Assembly: GCA_963803805.1 (NCBI GenBank)
Contig: CAWDOD010000004.1
Location: 224,001-288,000, forward strand
Source: an uncultured cyanobacterium
Lineage (GTDB): Bacteria; Cyanobacteriota; Cyanobacteriia; Cyanobacteriales; CAWCAG01
Length of the DNA stretch: 64,000 nt
Direction: 5' to 3'
Shown: piece by piece, positions 1-9,970 of the stretch
Numbering within the stretch: position 1 is the first letter of the stretch
Layout: each line of letters opens with the position of its first letter
The notes under the pieces: model-generated
Database searches by the model: none
The model's input: only the letters and a program-made list of their open reading frames with translations
Told to the model about the DNA's origin: nothing
Translations under genes and position numbers: made by a program

Positions 1-217
1 TCTCATTAGTCCGATCTACCCCAGTATAAAAGAAAGAACGGAGCAACCTGGAACTAGAAGTTATTCTATATAGCAATTTGGTATAGTCAATTTCAATACC
101 TAGTTGTAATGCCGCATAAAATAAGTTAGAGCCATCAATGAAAATAGCTACCCGCCCTCGGTTTTGCAATACTTGTTCCGGTGGAAATACCGGGTCATTA
201 TCAAGATTATTTAACAT
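1..217 (-). CDS. NYN domain LabA/DUF88 family protein, 5' part only (runs off window start)
   Basis: Manual translation from ATG at 217: MLNNLDNDPVFPPEQVLQNRGRVAIFIDGSNLFYAALQLGIEIDYTKLL...FFYTGVD; FIDGSNL is the NYN/LabA motif. Confidence 0.85.
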   Translation of the reverse strand, partial: MLNNLDNDPVFPPEQVLQNRGRVAIFIDGSNLFYAALQLGIEIDYTKLLYRITSSSRLLRSFFYTGVDRTNE

Positions 218-341
218 TTTTTAAATGCCTCGTTTTTTATTTAAGGATTGAATCAGTTTTAAAACCTTATTTACATAACTTCACCTTCTAGGAAGAGAGT
301 TACCTGTTTTTCACCTCAGGAAATAATTTAAGATATTCTGT

Positions 342-1952
342 TTAAGAAGATGAGGAAGACTCCAGAGGGTCTAATCGTGCAAAAATAGGCTGGGGTTTAC
401 TTAGGCTTTGATTGCCTGGGAGCATTCCCCATTGGCTATGTGTGTTAAAAGGAGCAGAACTATTAACAAGAGTTGAGTTATTAAAGTCAAGATCAAAACC
501 TAGTTGTTTATAAATATCACCACTAAGATTAGGGACAATAGGAGAAAGGAAATAAGCTGCTAGTCTAATTGATTCTAGTACAGAGTACAATAGTTGCTCG
601 ACTTGCTTTTGTTTTCCTTCTTTGTACAACCTCCAAGGGGCTTGCTCATCAATAAATTTATTACTAGCGCGAATCAATTTAAAGACTTCTTCACAAGCTT
701 GAGAAAATCCTAAAGATTCATAAGCCTTGACAACGCGATCTCCTAAATCTGCACCCAAAAGTTTTAAAGTATTATCTTGCTCGATTTCTTCGGTAGATAG
801 AGTTGGTACTTCACTTTGGCAATATTTTTTTGCCATACCTAAAGTACGATTGAGCAAGTTGCCTAAATCATTAGCAAGATCAGCATTGAGAACTTGAACA
901 AATCGTTCTTCATTGAAGTCCCCATCCTGTCCTAATTCTATTTCTTTTAAAAAATAGTAACGTACCGCATCAGAGCCATATTTATTAATTAAATCTACTG
1001 GATCTATTGTATTACCTAAAGTTTTGCCCATTTTTTGGCCATCTTTAGTAAGAAAGCCATGACCAAAAACTTTTTGGGGGAGAGAAATCTGAGCAGACAT
1101 CAACATAGCAGGCCAATAAACAGCATGAAAGCGTAAAATATCTTTACCAATTAGATGCAAATTAATTGGCCACCAACTAGCTATAGCATTCTCTAAGGTT
1201 GGTTCTAAATCCGGATCAACTAAGGCGCTAATATAACCTAAAAGAGCATCAAACCAAACATAAATTGTCTGCTTAGGGTCACTAGGAAGAGGAAAACCCC
1301 AATCGAGATTAATGCGGGAAATCGAAAAATCTTTTAAACCTTGCTTAACAAAACTAAGGACTTCATTACGACGAGTTGCTGGTTGAATGAAATCCGGCCT
1401 ATCTTGATAAAGTTTTTCTAATTGCTTTTGATATTTAGATAAGCGAAAAAAGTAGTTTTCTTCATCACGCCATTCAGCTTTTTTATTAGTGTGGATAGAA
1501 CAGTAACCATCTTGAGTTAAGTCCTTTTTTTCTTTGAATTCTTCACAAGAAACACAGTACCAACCCTGTTGTTGAGCAAGATAAATGTCTCCATGACTAT
1601 TGACTCGTTCAAAAAACTCTTTAACAATTTTATGGTGATCTTCATTACTAGTGCGAATAAAGCGATCCCATTGAATATTTAATTGATCCCAAAGACTAAT
1701 AAAATTATTGACAACTTGATCACAATGCTTTTGGGGGTCTAACCCCTTAGCTTCTGCTGTCCGTTGAATTTTTTGGCCATGTTCATCTGTCCCTGTAATT
1801 AACAATACAGAATTGCCTTGCAAACGCTCAAAACGTGCTACTACATCAGCAACCATAGTAGTGTAAGCACTACCAATATGAGGGACATCATTGACGTAGT
1901 ATAGCGGCGTAGTTAAAGCAAATTTCTTTTTAATATGATCGTTATTATTCAT
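342..1952 (-). CDS. metG: Methionine--tRNA ligase
   Basis: TTPLYYVNDVPHIGSAY (HIGH motif), GTDEHGQKI, YVWFDAL, GKDILRFH, KMGKT (KMSKS-like). Confidence 0.97.
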   Translation of the reverse strand: MNNNDHIKKKFALTTPLYYVNDVPHIGSAYTTMVADVVARFERLQGNSVLLITGTDEHGQKIQRTAEAKGLDPQKHCDQVVNNFISLWDQLNIQWDRFIRTSNEDHHKIVKEFFERVNSHGDIYLAQQQGWYCVSCEEFKEKKDLTQDGYCSIHTNKKAEWRDEENYFFRLSKYQKQLEKLYQDRPDFIQPATRRNEVLSFVKQGLKDFSISRINLDWGFPLPSDPKQTIYVWFDALLGYISALVDPDLEPTLENAIASWWPINLHLIGKDILRFHAVYWPAMLMSAQISLPQKVFGHGFLTKDGQKMGKTLGNTIDPVDLINKYGSDAVRYYFLKEIELGQDGDFNEERFVQVLNADLANDLGNLLNRTLGMAKKYCQSEVPTLSTEEIEQDNTLKLLGADLGDRVVKAYESLGFSQACEEVFKLIRASNKFIDEQAPWRLYKEGKQKQVEQLLYSVLESIRLAAYFLSPIVPNLSGDIYKQLGFDLDFNNSTLVNSSAPFNTHSQWGMLPGNQSLSKPQPIFARLDPLESSSSS

Positions 1953-2312
1953 ATAACTATATAAAGTTCCCCCGCTAATTTAAGTATTTTAATAGGGTTG
2001 TGACAATCTATTTTAGTTCTTAGTTTAGCCCCTCAGCTTCTCTGGTCATTGCTGTAGACAAGATAAACTTATAAAAGTCTTAGCTTAGCTTCATAAAGAC
2101 TTAAGGATTTATTAATTATTAATCATGGTGTTATGAAAAATTGAGTATATATACTTTGAAGTTAACAATTAAAGAGACTTTTTGCGATATCATATTGGGT
2201 ATAATGAGGCATTTTCTCTATTCAAATGTATTAATTGATAGAGAAAAATCACTGGTATTAAAATGAGAAATATCAGCAATAAGCAAAGCAAAGTTAACTT
2301 TTCTTAAAATTA

Positions 2313-3122
2313 TTGGAAAATATGTTTCAAGGTAAAGTAATTCCCCACTTTTTGATTGCTAATAATCATCAGCCAGATTATCCCTTATTTGTTTATTTGC
2401 CAGGCATGGATGGCACAGGAAAGCTATTACGGGGGCAACTAGGAAATTTAACTAAGCGTTTTGATGTACGCTGTCTCGTGATCCCAGGAGATGATGTTAA
2501 TGATTGGGATGTTCTGAGTAACCAAGTAATCAACCTGGTTAAGCAAGAGTTGCAACAAAATCCTCAACGTTCAATTTATCTATGTGGGGAATCTTTTGGA
2601 GGTTGTTTAGCTCTTAAAGTTGCTCTAAGGGAATCTCAACTGTTTGAGAAAATTATTTTAGTTAACTGCGCCTCGTCTTTCTTACAAAAGCCTTTTTTAA
2701 GTTGGGGCATACAACTGGTTCAGTCAATGCCCAAGTTTGTCTATCGGCAGTCTGTGCTTATTTTATTGCCTTTTTTGATTGTTTTCCGTAAAGTCACTTT
2801 CCAAGACCGTCAGAACCTAACAGAGGCGATGAAATCCCTACCACCTCAAACAGTATCTTGGCGACTATCTTTGTTAAGAGACTTCAGAACGAACGTTGAT
2901 AACTTGCGTCTTCTCCAACAACCAATATTACTAGTAGCAGGGGCTGTAGATCAATTGTTACCCTCTGTCAAAGAAGCAGAACATTTGGCTAGCAATCTTC
3001 CTAATGGGCAGGTGATGATACTACCAGAAAGTGGTCATGCTTGTTTATTGGAACAAGGCATTAACCTAGATAAAATTATTGAAGACTGGGAAAAGCAAGA
3101 AAATCTCATAGAATCTAGCTGA
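2313..3122 (+). CDS. Alpha/beta fold hydrolase
   Basis: LPGMDGTG, GESFGG nucleophile elbow, D and SGHACLLE catalytic His; 3' end overlaps hisG by 8 bp. Confidence 0.85.
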   Translation: MENMFQGKVIPHFLIANNHQPDYPLFVYLPGMDGTGKLLRGQLGNLTKRFDVRCLVIPGDDVNDWDVLSNQVINLVKQELQQNPQRSIYLCGESFGGCLALKVALRESQLFEKIILVNCASSFLQKPFLSWGIQLVQSMPKFVYRQSVLILLPFLIVFRKVTFQDRQNLTEAMKSLPPQTVSWRLSLLRDFRTNVDNLRLLQQPILLVAGAVDQLLPSVKEAEHLASNLPNGQVMILPESGHACLLEQGINLDKIIEDWEKQENLIESS

Positions 3123-4134
3123 ATAACTTATCCTCAAAATCTTTATAAACCAGAGACTTTTCACCGAAGATATAATGGGGTGAGATGGCAGTAATATCCC
3201 TGCCGCCAATACTCCTTAAATGCTCTACTGCCGATAACAAAATTGCCTGCCTAACGACAATAGTTACAGCATACCAATTATCTCCTTCACCAGAATAAAC
3301 CTTAGCTACAGTTGGACCACGCAATCCTGTCAAGCCAACTTGTTGTTGATTTTCCACTAAGCGTTTGCCAATTTCATCTGCTGAGTTTCCTTGCACATTC
3401 GCCGTAATTGAAAGATATTTATTCGCTTCCTGTTCAGCTTCAATTAGTTCAAGAATTTGCTTAGTTATCTCTAACTTATGGGGATCTTCTTTTAAAAGTC
3501 TTTTATTAGCAATTAAGCAAGCTTGAGATTCTAGAAGAGTACCGCCAGTTAAGCGTTTAAGATGATTTTCCCTCAAGGTTGTTCCTGTGGAGGTTACATC
3601 AACAATCATGTCGGCATAACCCATGCGAGGCGCAGCTTCCAATGCTCCATGGGCTTCTACCAAAGAAAAATGTACTACCCGTTTTTGATATAACCATTTA
3701 CGGGTCAAATTGGTATATTTAGTGGCAATTCTTAACTCTTTACCCTTTTCTCGGAATAGTAAAGTCAGATCTGCTAAATCTTCAATAGAAGCGACATCAA
3801 TCCAGCTATCAGGAACAGCTAAAACTAACTCGCATTTACCATAACCCAGGCGATCGCTAATTACCACCACATCATCGTGATCTTGTCCTTCTTCGCAAAC
3901 AACATCATAGCCAGTGATGCCTAAATCAGCACTACCTTCTTCTACCTTGCGAAAGATATCTGCGGCTCTTTGGAAAAGTAAAAATATATCTGGTATCGTC
4001 GGAATTTTGCCAACATACTGCCTTTCACTAGGACGGGATACTTTTAAACCAGCAGCCCCAAGGAATTCCCTCGTACCTTTATCTAATGCTCCCTTACTAG
4101 GGAGAGCAATTCTCAAAGAAGAGTTATTTTTCAT
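3115..4134 (-). CDS. hisG: ATP phosphoribosyltransferase, long form with C-terminal regulatory domain (likely ATG at 4134; ORF track starts at 4170)
   Basis: IALPSKG, DLGITGYD, RIATKY, GALEAAP, DMIVDVTSTGTTLRENHL PRT signature, plus ~90 aa C-terminal domain. Confidence 0.92.
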   Translation of the reverse strand: MKNNSSLRIALPSKGALDKGTREFLGAAGLKVSRPSERQYVGKIPTIPDIFLLFQRAADIFRKVEEGSADLGITGYDVVCEEGQDHDDVVVISDRLGYGKCELVLAVPDSWIDVASIEDLADLTLLFREKGKELRIATKYTNLTRKWLYQKRVVHFSLVEAHGALEAAPRMGYADMIVDVTSTGTTLRENHLKRLTGGTLLESQACLIANKRLLKEDPHKLEITKQILELIEAEQEANKYLSITANVQGNSADEIGKRLVENQQQVGLTGLRGPTVAKVYSGEGDNWYAVTIVVRQAILLSAVEHLRSIGGRDITAISPHYIFGEKSLVYKDFEDKLFS

Positions 4135-4176
4135 TTCTCGCTTATCAATGATGCCTAACGGCAAGGGCAAGCCCTA

Positions 4177-4225
4177 CAATGATCAATGATCATTGATCAA
4201 TGCTCAATAATCAATGCCCAATGAT
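4177..4225. repeat. Heptamer tandem array (CAATGAT-type) x7, STRR-like
   Basis: caatgat caatgat cattgat caatgct caataat caatgcc caatgat. Confidence 0.9.
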
Positions 4226-4293
4226 TAACAAACCTATCTACCCTGACCCCTGAGCTTGACTCTTCGTTGCGTAAATCCGATAAACTTATAAAT

Positions 4294-4690
4294 AGGAGGG
4301 AGTTGGTGTAGGTAGTTGCAGTTCTTTCATTGAAGAGATACTGAGGAAAGTCCGGGCTTCCGAAAGACCAAACTTGCTGGATAACTTCCAGTGCGGGCAA
4401 CCGTGAGGATAGTGCCACAGAAAAATACCGCCTTGATCATTGTTCATTGATCATTGAAAGAGGTAAGGGTGCAAAGGTGCGGTAAGAGCGCACCAGCAGC
4501 ATCGAGAGGTGCTGGCTCGGTAAACCCCGGTGGGAAGCAAGGTCGAAGGAACTATGGTTGGTCTTTTACCCGTTCCGTCATATGTGAACCGCTAGAGGTA
4601 TCTGGTAACAGATATCCCAGATAGATAACTACCCTTTTGTTAGGCAACTAAATAAAAGAACAGAACCCGGCTTATGCCCGACTCTCTCCT
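4294..4690 (+). ncRNA. rnpB: RNase P RNA, bacterial type A
   Basis: GAGGAAAGTCCGGGCT, AGTGCCACAGAAAA, GGTGCGGTAAGAGCGCACC, GGTAAACCCC, ACAGAACCCGGCTTA; 5' aggagggagttgg pairs with 3' ccgactctctcct. Confidence 0.97.
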
Positions 4691-4947
4691 TCTCAATTCA
4701 AAGGTTAAAGGGCAAGAGTAAGAAGCCTTAAAGTTTGAGATTTAGCGGAAGATAGGATAATTAAGTATTTACACCATATTGCACATCTCCAGCAAAAAGA
4801 CCAAACTGGAAGTAATACTTAGTGGCATATCTTGAAAATTGACTTTGAGAAGTTAAGCTTGAGTTGCCAAACTTGAACTAACCCCAAAACTTAGTAATGG
4901 TTCTTCCATAAATTATTGAGCGTAGTAAGTGCTAGGCAAAGAACTTC

Positions 4948-7900
4948 ATGAGCAAAGAGTTATTAACAACTTCTTCACATACCCTCTTTGAGGCGATCAA
5001 ACAAAATGCGGATTTAACAGCCATCCTCTTAGATAGTATTAGTGCTGTAGTTTTAGTTTTAGATTTGGCAGGACGCATTGTTCACTTTAATCGCTACTGT
5101 GAACAACTGACGGGTTACTCCAAAGCAGAGGTTATTGGAGAGGTGATTTGGGAGAAGTTGGTTGCTCCTATTTCTGTTACTAAAACTCAAGACATTTTGG
5201 CATCGGCGATCGCCCATCAAGAAAAGATTCCCAATCACCAAAGTTTTTGGTTAACTAAACAAGCCCAAACACATCTCATTTCCTGGACTAACTCAACTTG
5301 TTTTAACCCCAAAGGAGAAATAGAATACTTTGTCGCTACCGGAACTGTATTAGAGCCATCTAGCTCTCAACAAAAGCTAGCTGAAATTCACGAGCGCTTT
5401 GGAATTCTAGTTAATACCAACCAAAAACTCCAAGGACAAGTAGAGGATTTGCAACGAAGCGAACGCAAATACAAAGCACTCTTTGCTCAGACTTTTCAGT
5501 CCATCGCCATGATTTCTCCCCAGGGTATTTTACTAGAGGCCAACCAAGTAGCCCTTAATTTTGGCGACCTCAAGTTAGAAGAAATTCAAGGGCAACCCTT
5601 TTGGGAAGTCAGATGGTGGCAAAAATCTCCTGCCAGCCAAGAACAACTTCAAGAAGCGATCACAACTGCTTGCGCTGGTCAATTTGTTCGTTATGAAGTT
5701 GATATTTTAGGTAAGCAAGAACAAATAGTTACTATTGACTTTTCCTTAAAACCTGTTTTCAATTCTCAAGGAAAAGTTGTAGTTATTATTGCTGAAGGGC
5801 GGGATATCAGCAAACTGAAAAAAGCAGAAGCAGCTTTACAGCAGCTTAACCAGCAACTTGACACTAAAGTTAAACGGCGTACTCTACTCCTTAAAAGAAT
5901 GATTGAGAATCTCACTAGTGAGATTGAACAGCGTCGCTGTGCTGAAGCTCAACAACAACGTCTCATTTCTATCCTCGAAGCCTCCACTGATTGCATCAGC
6001 CTGGCTGACTCTCAAGGGCAGCTTTTGTGGAGTAATTCCCAAAGCAGACAAGTTTTAGGAATTACTCCTGATGCGAATCTTTCTGGCTTAGAAATTATCA
6101 GTTTTCATAGTCCACAAGGGGCAAAAATCATTACTGAACTTGGTCTACCTACTGCTATTCGAGATGGTGTTTGGGTGGGTGAAACGGCTTTACGGAATAG
6201 TCAAGGGGAAGAAATTCCCGTTTCTCAAATGATTATTGCCCACAAAAACCATAGGGGTGATGTAGAGTATTTTTCCACCATCAGCCGGGATCTAAGTCCA
6301 CAAAAACAGGTAGAAAGGAATTTAGCATCTAGTTATAATCTCCTGCAAACCATAATTAATTCCACCCCAGATGCCATTTTTGTTAAAGATACTCAAGGGC
6401 GTTATCAGTTTATTAATGAAGCTGGGGCAAAATTTCTCAATTGTACTGTTGCTGAAGTTTTGCAAAAAGATGATACAACCCTTTTACCACCAGAAATATT
6501 AAGTGAAGTTCAAGCCCATGACCAAAGAATAATTGATTCGGGAATCTCTGAAGAATTTGAATACATTTTGCCATTCAATGGTCAAACTCAAATTTTCCTG
6601 AATAGCAAAAGTGTTTACCGAGATGCCCAAGGCAAAGTTTTGGGGTTAGTGGGCTTAGCGAAAAATATCACTGCCCTGAAACAAACCCAGGAAGAGTTAG
6701 AACAAAAAGTCAAGGTAAGAACAGCCGCTTTAGAGGCCGAAATAGAGCAACGCCAGCAAGTAGAACAAACCTTACGCTATAGAAATGCTGAAGTAGCAGC
6801 AATTTTACGTTCCATACCCGATGCTTTAATATTTGCTGATAGAAAACGTCAAATAGTTGAAGTTAATCCTGCTTTTACAAAACTATTTGGCTATAAACCC
6901 TCTGAAGTTATTGGACAGAACACTTCCATACTGTATAGTAGCCAGGAAGATTATCAAGAGCAAGGTAGAAAACATTATAACCTCAATACTAAAGAGCAAC
7001 TTTTACCCTATGAAACAACTTACTGTCGTCAAGATGGTAGTTGCTTAGTTTGCGAAACCGTCGGTTGCAAGGTTGAAGATGATCAGGGAAAGCATTTAGG
7101 CTTTTTAGGGATTGTTCGCGATATCACCATCCGCAAACAAGCTGAATTAGCTTTAAAGGAAAGTGAAGAACGCCTGCGACTATTTATTGCCAATGCTCCC
7201 ATTGCCATCGCTATGTTTGATGCTCAGATGCGCTATTTGGTGACTAGCAAAAATTGGTTAGCTCAATATAACTTAAATGGAGAAGATGTTGTTGGTCGTT
7301 CTCACTACGAAGTTTTCCCGAATATTCCCCAGCGTTGGAAAGACATTCACCAAAGCTGTTTAGCCGGGGCAATAGAAAAATGCGACGAAGACTCTTTTGT
7401 CAGGGCTGATGGCAGCACAGATTGGCTGAGATGGGAAATTCATCCTTGGTGTCAAACTCAAGGGGAAATCGGCGGCATAATCATGTTCACCGAGGTAATT
7501 ACCGAACGGATCAACTCCCGCCACAAATTGCAACAAATTAATCAAGAACTCCTCAACTCTAATAAAGAGTTAGAACAATTTGCTTATGTCGCTTCCCACG
7601 ATTTGCGGGAACCTTTACGTAAAATTCAAAGTTATGTGGAACTCTTAAATGAAAGATATCAAGGCCAATTGGATGAGAAAGCTGATAAATATATTACAAG
7701 CTTAGTTAAAGGAACAACTCGGATGCAAAACCTCATCTCCGACTTGTTAACCTACTCGCGGGTACACAGAACCGAATTATGCCGAGAACCCACAGACTTA
7801 AATAGCATTTTAGAACAAGTTATAGATGATTTAGGAGTTGCGATCGCCGACTCTTCTGCCCAAATCTCTGCTTCTCCCCTGCCCACAGTTTCAGTCCATC

Positions 7901-8229
7901 CTGGACAAATAACGCAAGTGCTACAAAACCTACTTGCTAATGCCATCAAATTTCAGGGGAACGAAATCCCTGTAATTGAAATCAAAGCTCAGCAAGAAGG
8001 GAATGAATGGTTAATTGCGATCACCGACAATGGTGTTGGAATCAAGTCTAGATATACCGAGCAGGTTTTTGAGATTTTTCAAAGACTCCACAGTCGCAGC
8101 AAATATGAAGGCACAGGTATCGGTTTGGCTATCTGCAAAAAAATCATCCAACGTCACGGTGGCAAAATTTGGCTAGAATCTGAACCCGGACAAGGAACAA
8201 CTTTTTATTTCACTCTTCCGGTAAGGTGA
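4948..8229 (+). CDS. Soluble multi-PAS (about 6 PAS/PAC) sensor histidine kinase, Cph1/bacteriophytochrome-type transmitter
   Basis: Repeated PAS-PAC units; ELEQFAYVASHDLREPLRKI H-box; NAIKF, DNGVGI, GTGIGLA boxes. Confidence 0.9.
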   Translation: MSKELLTTSSHTLFEAIKQNADLTAILLDSISAVVLVLDLAGRIVHFNRYCEQLTGYSKAEVIGEVIWEKLVAPISVTKTQDILASAIAHQEKIPNHQSFWLTKQAQTHLISWTNSTCFNPKGEIEYFVATGTVLEPSSSQQKLAEIHERFGILVNTNQKLQGQVEDLQRSERKYKALFAQTFQSIAMISPQGILLEANQVALNFGDLKLEEIQGQPFWEVRWWQKSPASQEQLQEAITTACAGQFVRYEVDILGKQEQIVTIDFSLKPVFNSQGKVVVIIAEGRDISKLKKAEAALQQLNQQLDTKVKRRTLLLKRMIENLTSEIEQRRCAEAQQQRLISILEASTDCISLADSQGQLLWSNSQSRQVLGITPDANLSGLEIISFHSPQGAKIITELGLPTAIRDGVWVGETALRNSQGEEIPVSQMIIAHKNHRGDVEYFSTISRDLSPQKQVERNLASSYNLLQTIINSTPDAIFVKDTQGRYQFINEAGAKFLNCTVAEVLQKDDTTLLPPEILSEVQAHDQRIIDSGISEEFEYILPFNGQTQIFLNSKSVYRDAQGKVLGLVGLAKNITALKQTQEELEQKVKVRTAALEAEIEQRQQVEQTLRYRNAEVAAILRSIPDALIFADRKRQIVEVNPAFTKLFGYKPSEVIGQNTSILYSSQEDYQEQGRKHYNLNTKEQLLPYETTYCRQDGSCLVCETVGCKVEDDQGKHLGFLGIVRDITIRKQAELALKESEERLRLFIANAPIAIAMFDAQMRYLVTSKNWLAQYNLNGEDVVGRSHYEVFPNIPQRWKDIHQSCLAGAIEKCDEDSFVRADGSTDWLRWEIHPWCQTQGEIGGIIMFTEVITERINSRHKLQQINQELLNSNKELEQFAYVASHDLREPLRKIQSYVELLNERYQGQLDEKADKYITSLVKGTTRMQNLISDLLTYSRVHRTELCREPTDLNSILEQVIDDLGVAIADSSAQISASPLPTVSVHPGQITQVLQNLLANAIKFQGNEIPVIEIKAQQEGNEWLIAITDNGVGIKSRYTEQVFEIFQRLHSRSKYEGTGIGLAICKKIIQRHGGKIWLESEPGQGTTFYFTLPVR

Positions 8230-8289
8230 CGCTGCAATCACAACAAGGTAATAGAAAATAGGCAAAGAGTGTAATAGGGTGTTCTTTGT

Positions 8290-8310
8290 TTATTACTTAT
8301 CACTTATTAC
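8290..8310. repeat. Heptamer tandem (TTATTAC) x3
   Basis: ttattac ttatcac ttattac; same unit x3 at 60301-60321. Confidence 0.7.
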
Positions 8311-8329
8311 TTCCCTGCTTTCCCGAATC

Positions 8330-9424
8330 ATGTTCCAAAATATCTTATTTCCTAATAACTACATTCCCCACGGCCATTGTTATATGTGGCAACCTAGTTT
8401 AGTAGGGCTACACATAATTTCTGACTCACTAATTTTTTTAGCTTATTACTCAATTCCCATAACTTTGTTGTACTTTCTACGTAAACGCAAAGATGTACCT
8501 TTCAGGTTTGTATTTGCCTTATTTGGAATCTTTATTATTGCCTGCGGCACGACTCATCTTATGGCCATTTGGACTCTTTGGTATCCTGCTTATTGGCTCT
8601 CTGGTTTAATTAAACTTATAACAGCACTGGTTTCAGTAGCTACTGCTATCATCATTGTTCCTTTAATTCCCCAAGCCTTAGCCTTACCAAGCCCCGCTCA
8701 ACTAGAAGCGGCTAATCAATCCCTGGCTCATGCTAACGCTGATTTAGCCCAATCTAACCAAGAACTAGAACAATTCGCCTATATTGCTTCCCACGATCTG
8801 CGAGAACCTTTGCGTAAGATCCAGGTATATATAGAACTATTGGCAGAAAAATATCAGGATAAACTAGATAATAAAGCGGATAAATATATAAGCTCTATTC
8901 TCAATTCAACATCTCGAATGCAAAATCTCATCTCAGATTTGCTGCGCTATTCACGGCTGGGGATGACTGATGTAGAACTGGAGCCAGTTCAACTAAATAC
9001 AATTTTAGAGGAAGTTATAGCTGATTTAACCGTTACTATAGAAGAAAATGGCGCTCAAGTTATCTTTGATTCTCTACCTGTTGTTTCTGCTCATCCAGGT
9101 CAAATCTCCCAGCTATTACAAAACTTGATTGCTAATAGCATCAAGTTTAGAAGTGAACTCAATCCTATTATTACCATCAAAACTAAGCATAAAGAAGGGA
9201 AATGGTATATTTCGGTGGCAGATAACGGCATCGGTATTCAACCTCAGCACACCGAGAAAGTTTTTGAAATTTTTCAAAGACTCCACAATCGCAGTAAATA
9301 TCCAGGTACAGGCATCGGTCTAGCAGTGTGTAAAAAAATTGTTGAGCGCCACGGTGAAAAAATTTGGCTGGAGTCTACACCAGGCTACGGTACAACTTTT
9401 TACTTCACCCTTCAATCTGCATAA
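8330..9424 (+). CDS. Membrane histidine kinase with N-terminal ethylene-binding-domain (ETR1-like) sensor; likely ATG at 8330
   Basis: PHGHCY..SD..AYYSIP..IIACGTTH..K in three TM helices, joined directly to HisKA (ASHDLREPLRKI) and HATPase. Confidence 0.85.
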   Translation: MFQNILFPNNYIPHGHCYMWQPSLVGLHIISDSLIFLAYYSIPITLLYFLRKRKDVPFRFVFALFGIFIIACGTTHLMAIWTLWYPAYWLSGLIKLITALVSVATAIIIVPLIPQALALPSPAQLEAANQSLAHANADLAQSNQELEQFAYIASHDLREPLRKIQVYIELLAEKYQDKLDNKADKYISSILNSTSRMQNLISDLLRYSRLGMTDVELEPVQLNTILEEVIADLTVTIEENGAQVIFDSLPVVSAHPGQISQLLQNLIANSIKFRSELNPIITIKTKHKEGKWYISVADNGIGIQPQHTEKVFEIFQRLHNRSKYPGTGIGLAVCKKIVERHGEKIWLESTPGYGTTFYFTLQSA

Positions 9425-9473
9425 GATAGTTGTAAAAGTATAAAAATGCACCACACCAGCAACTCAGATAGTT

Positions 9474-9917
9474 ATGCAAATTAAGCCAAGCCAAATGATT
9501 AATGTCCTCCTCATCGAAGATGATCCTGAAGATGTAGATTTAACTGAAGAAGCTCTAGCACAATCTAAAGTAATGGTAAAGCTTAATGTCGTTCACGATG
9601 GCGAAGAAGCCCTTGCCTACCTTAACCAAGAGGGAGAATATGCCCAACAGCAACTACCAGATTTGATTTGGCTTGATCTCAATCTTCCTGGTATGAGCGG
9701 TCAAGAAATCCTGCAAGAAATTCGCCAAAATAAGGCGATTCAGCATATTCCTGTAGTAATTCTTACCACCTCTGATGCAGAAGAAGATGTCCTCAAAAGT
9801 TACCGCTTAGGAGCCAACTGTTATGTCCAAAAACCCGTTGGTATTAGGCAATTTGAGCGAATTCTTAAATCTATTGAAAGCTTTTGGTTTACTATCGTTA
9901 AATTGCCTCCCCATTGA
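9474..9917 (+). CDS. Single-domain response regulator, Rcp1-like
   Basis: LLIEDD, PDLIWLDLNLP, VVILTTS, GANCYVQKP, FWFTIVKLP (Rcp1-type C-terminus). Confidence 0.9.
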   Translation: MQIKPSQMINVLLIEDDPEDVDLTEEALAQSKVMVKLNVVHDGEEALAYLNQEGEYAQQQLPDLIWLDLNLPGMSGQEILQEIRQNKAIQHIPVVILTTSDAEEDVLKSYRLGANCYVQKPVGIRQFERILKSIESFWFTIVKLPPH

Positions 9918-9970
9918 CGAGTAAAAAATTAATGAATAACGTAGTAGTATTCACTGTTTAAGTTGCAAGA

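Noticed and set aside
4197..4418. 73-aa minus-strand ORF
   Set aside because: Antisense to rnpB and the heptamer array; not a credible protein
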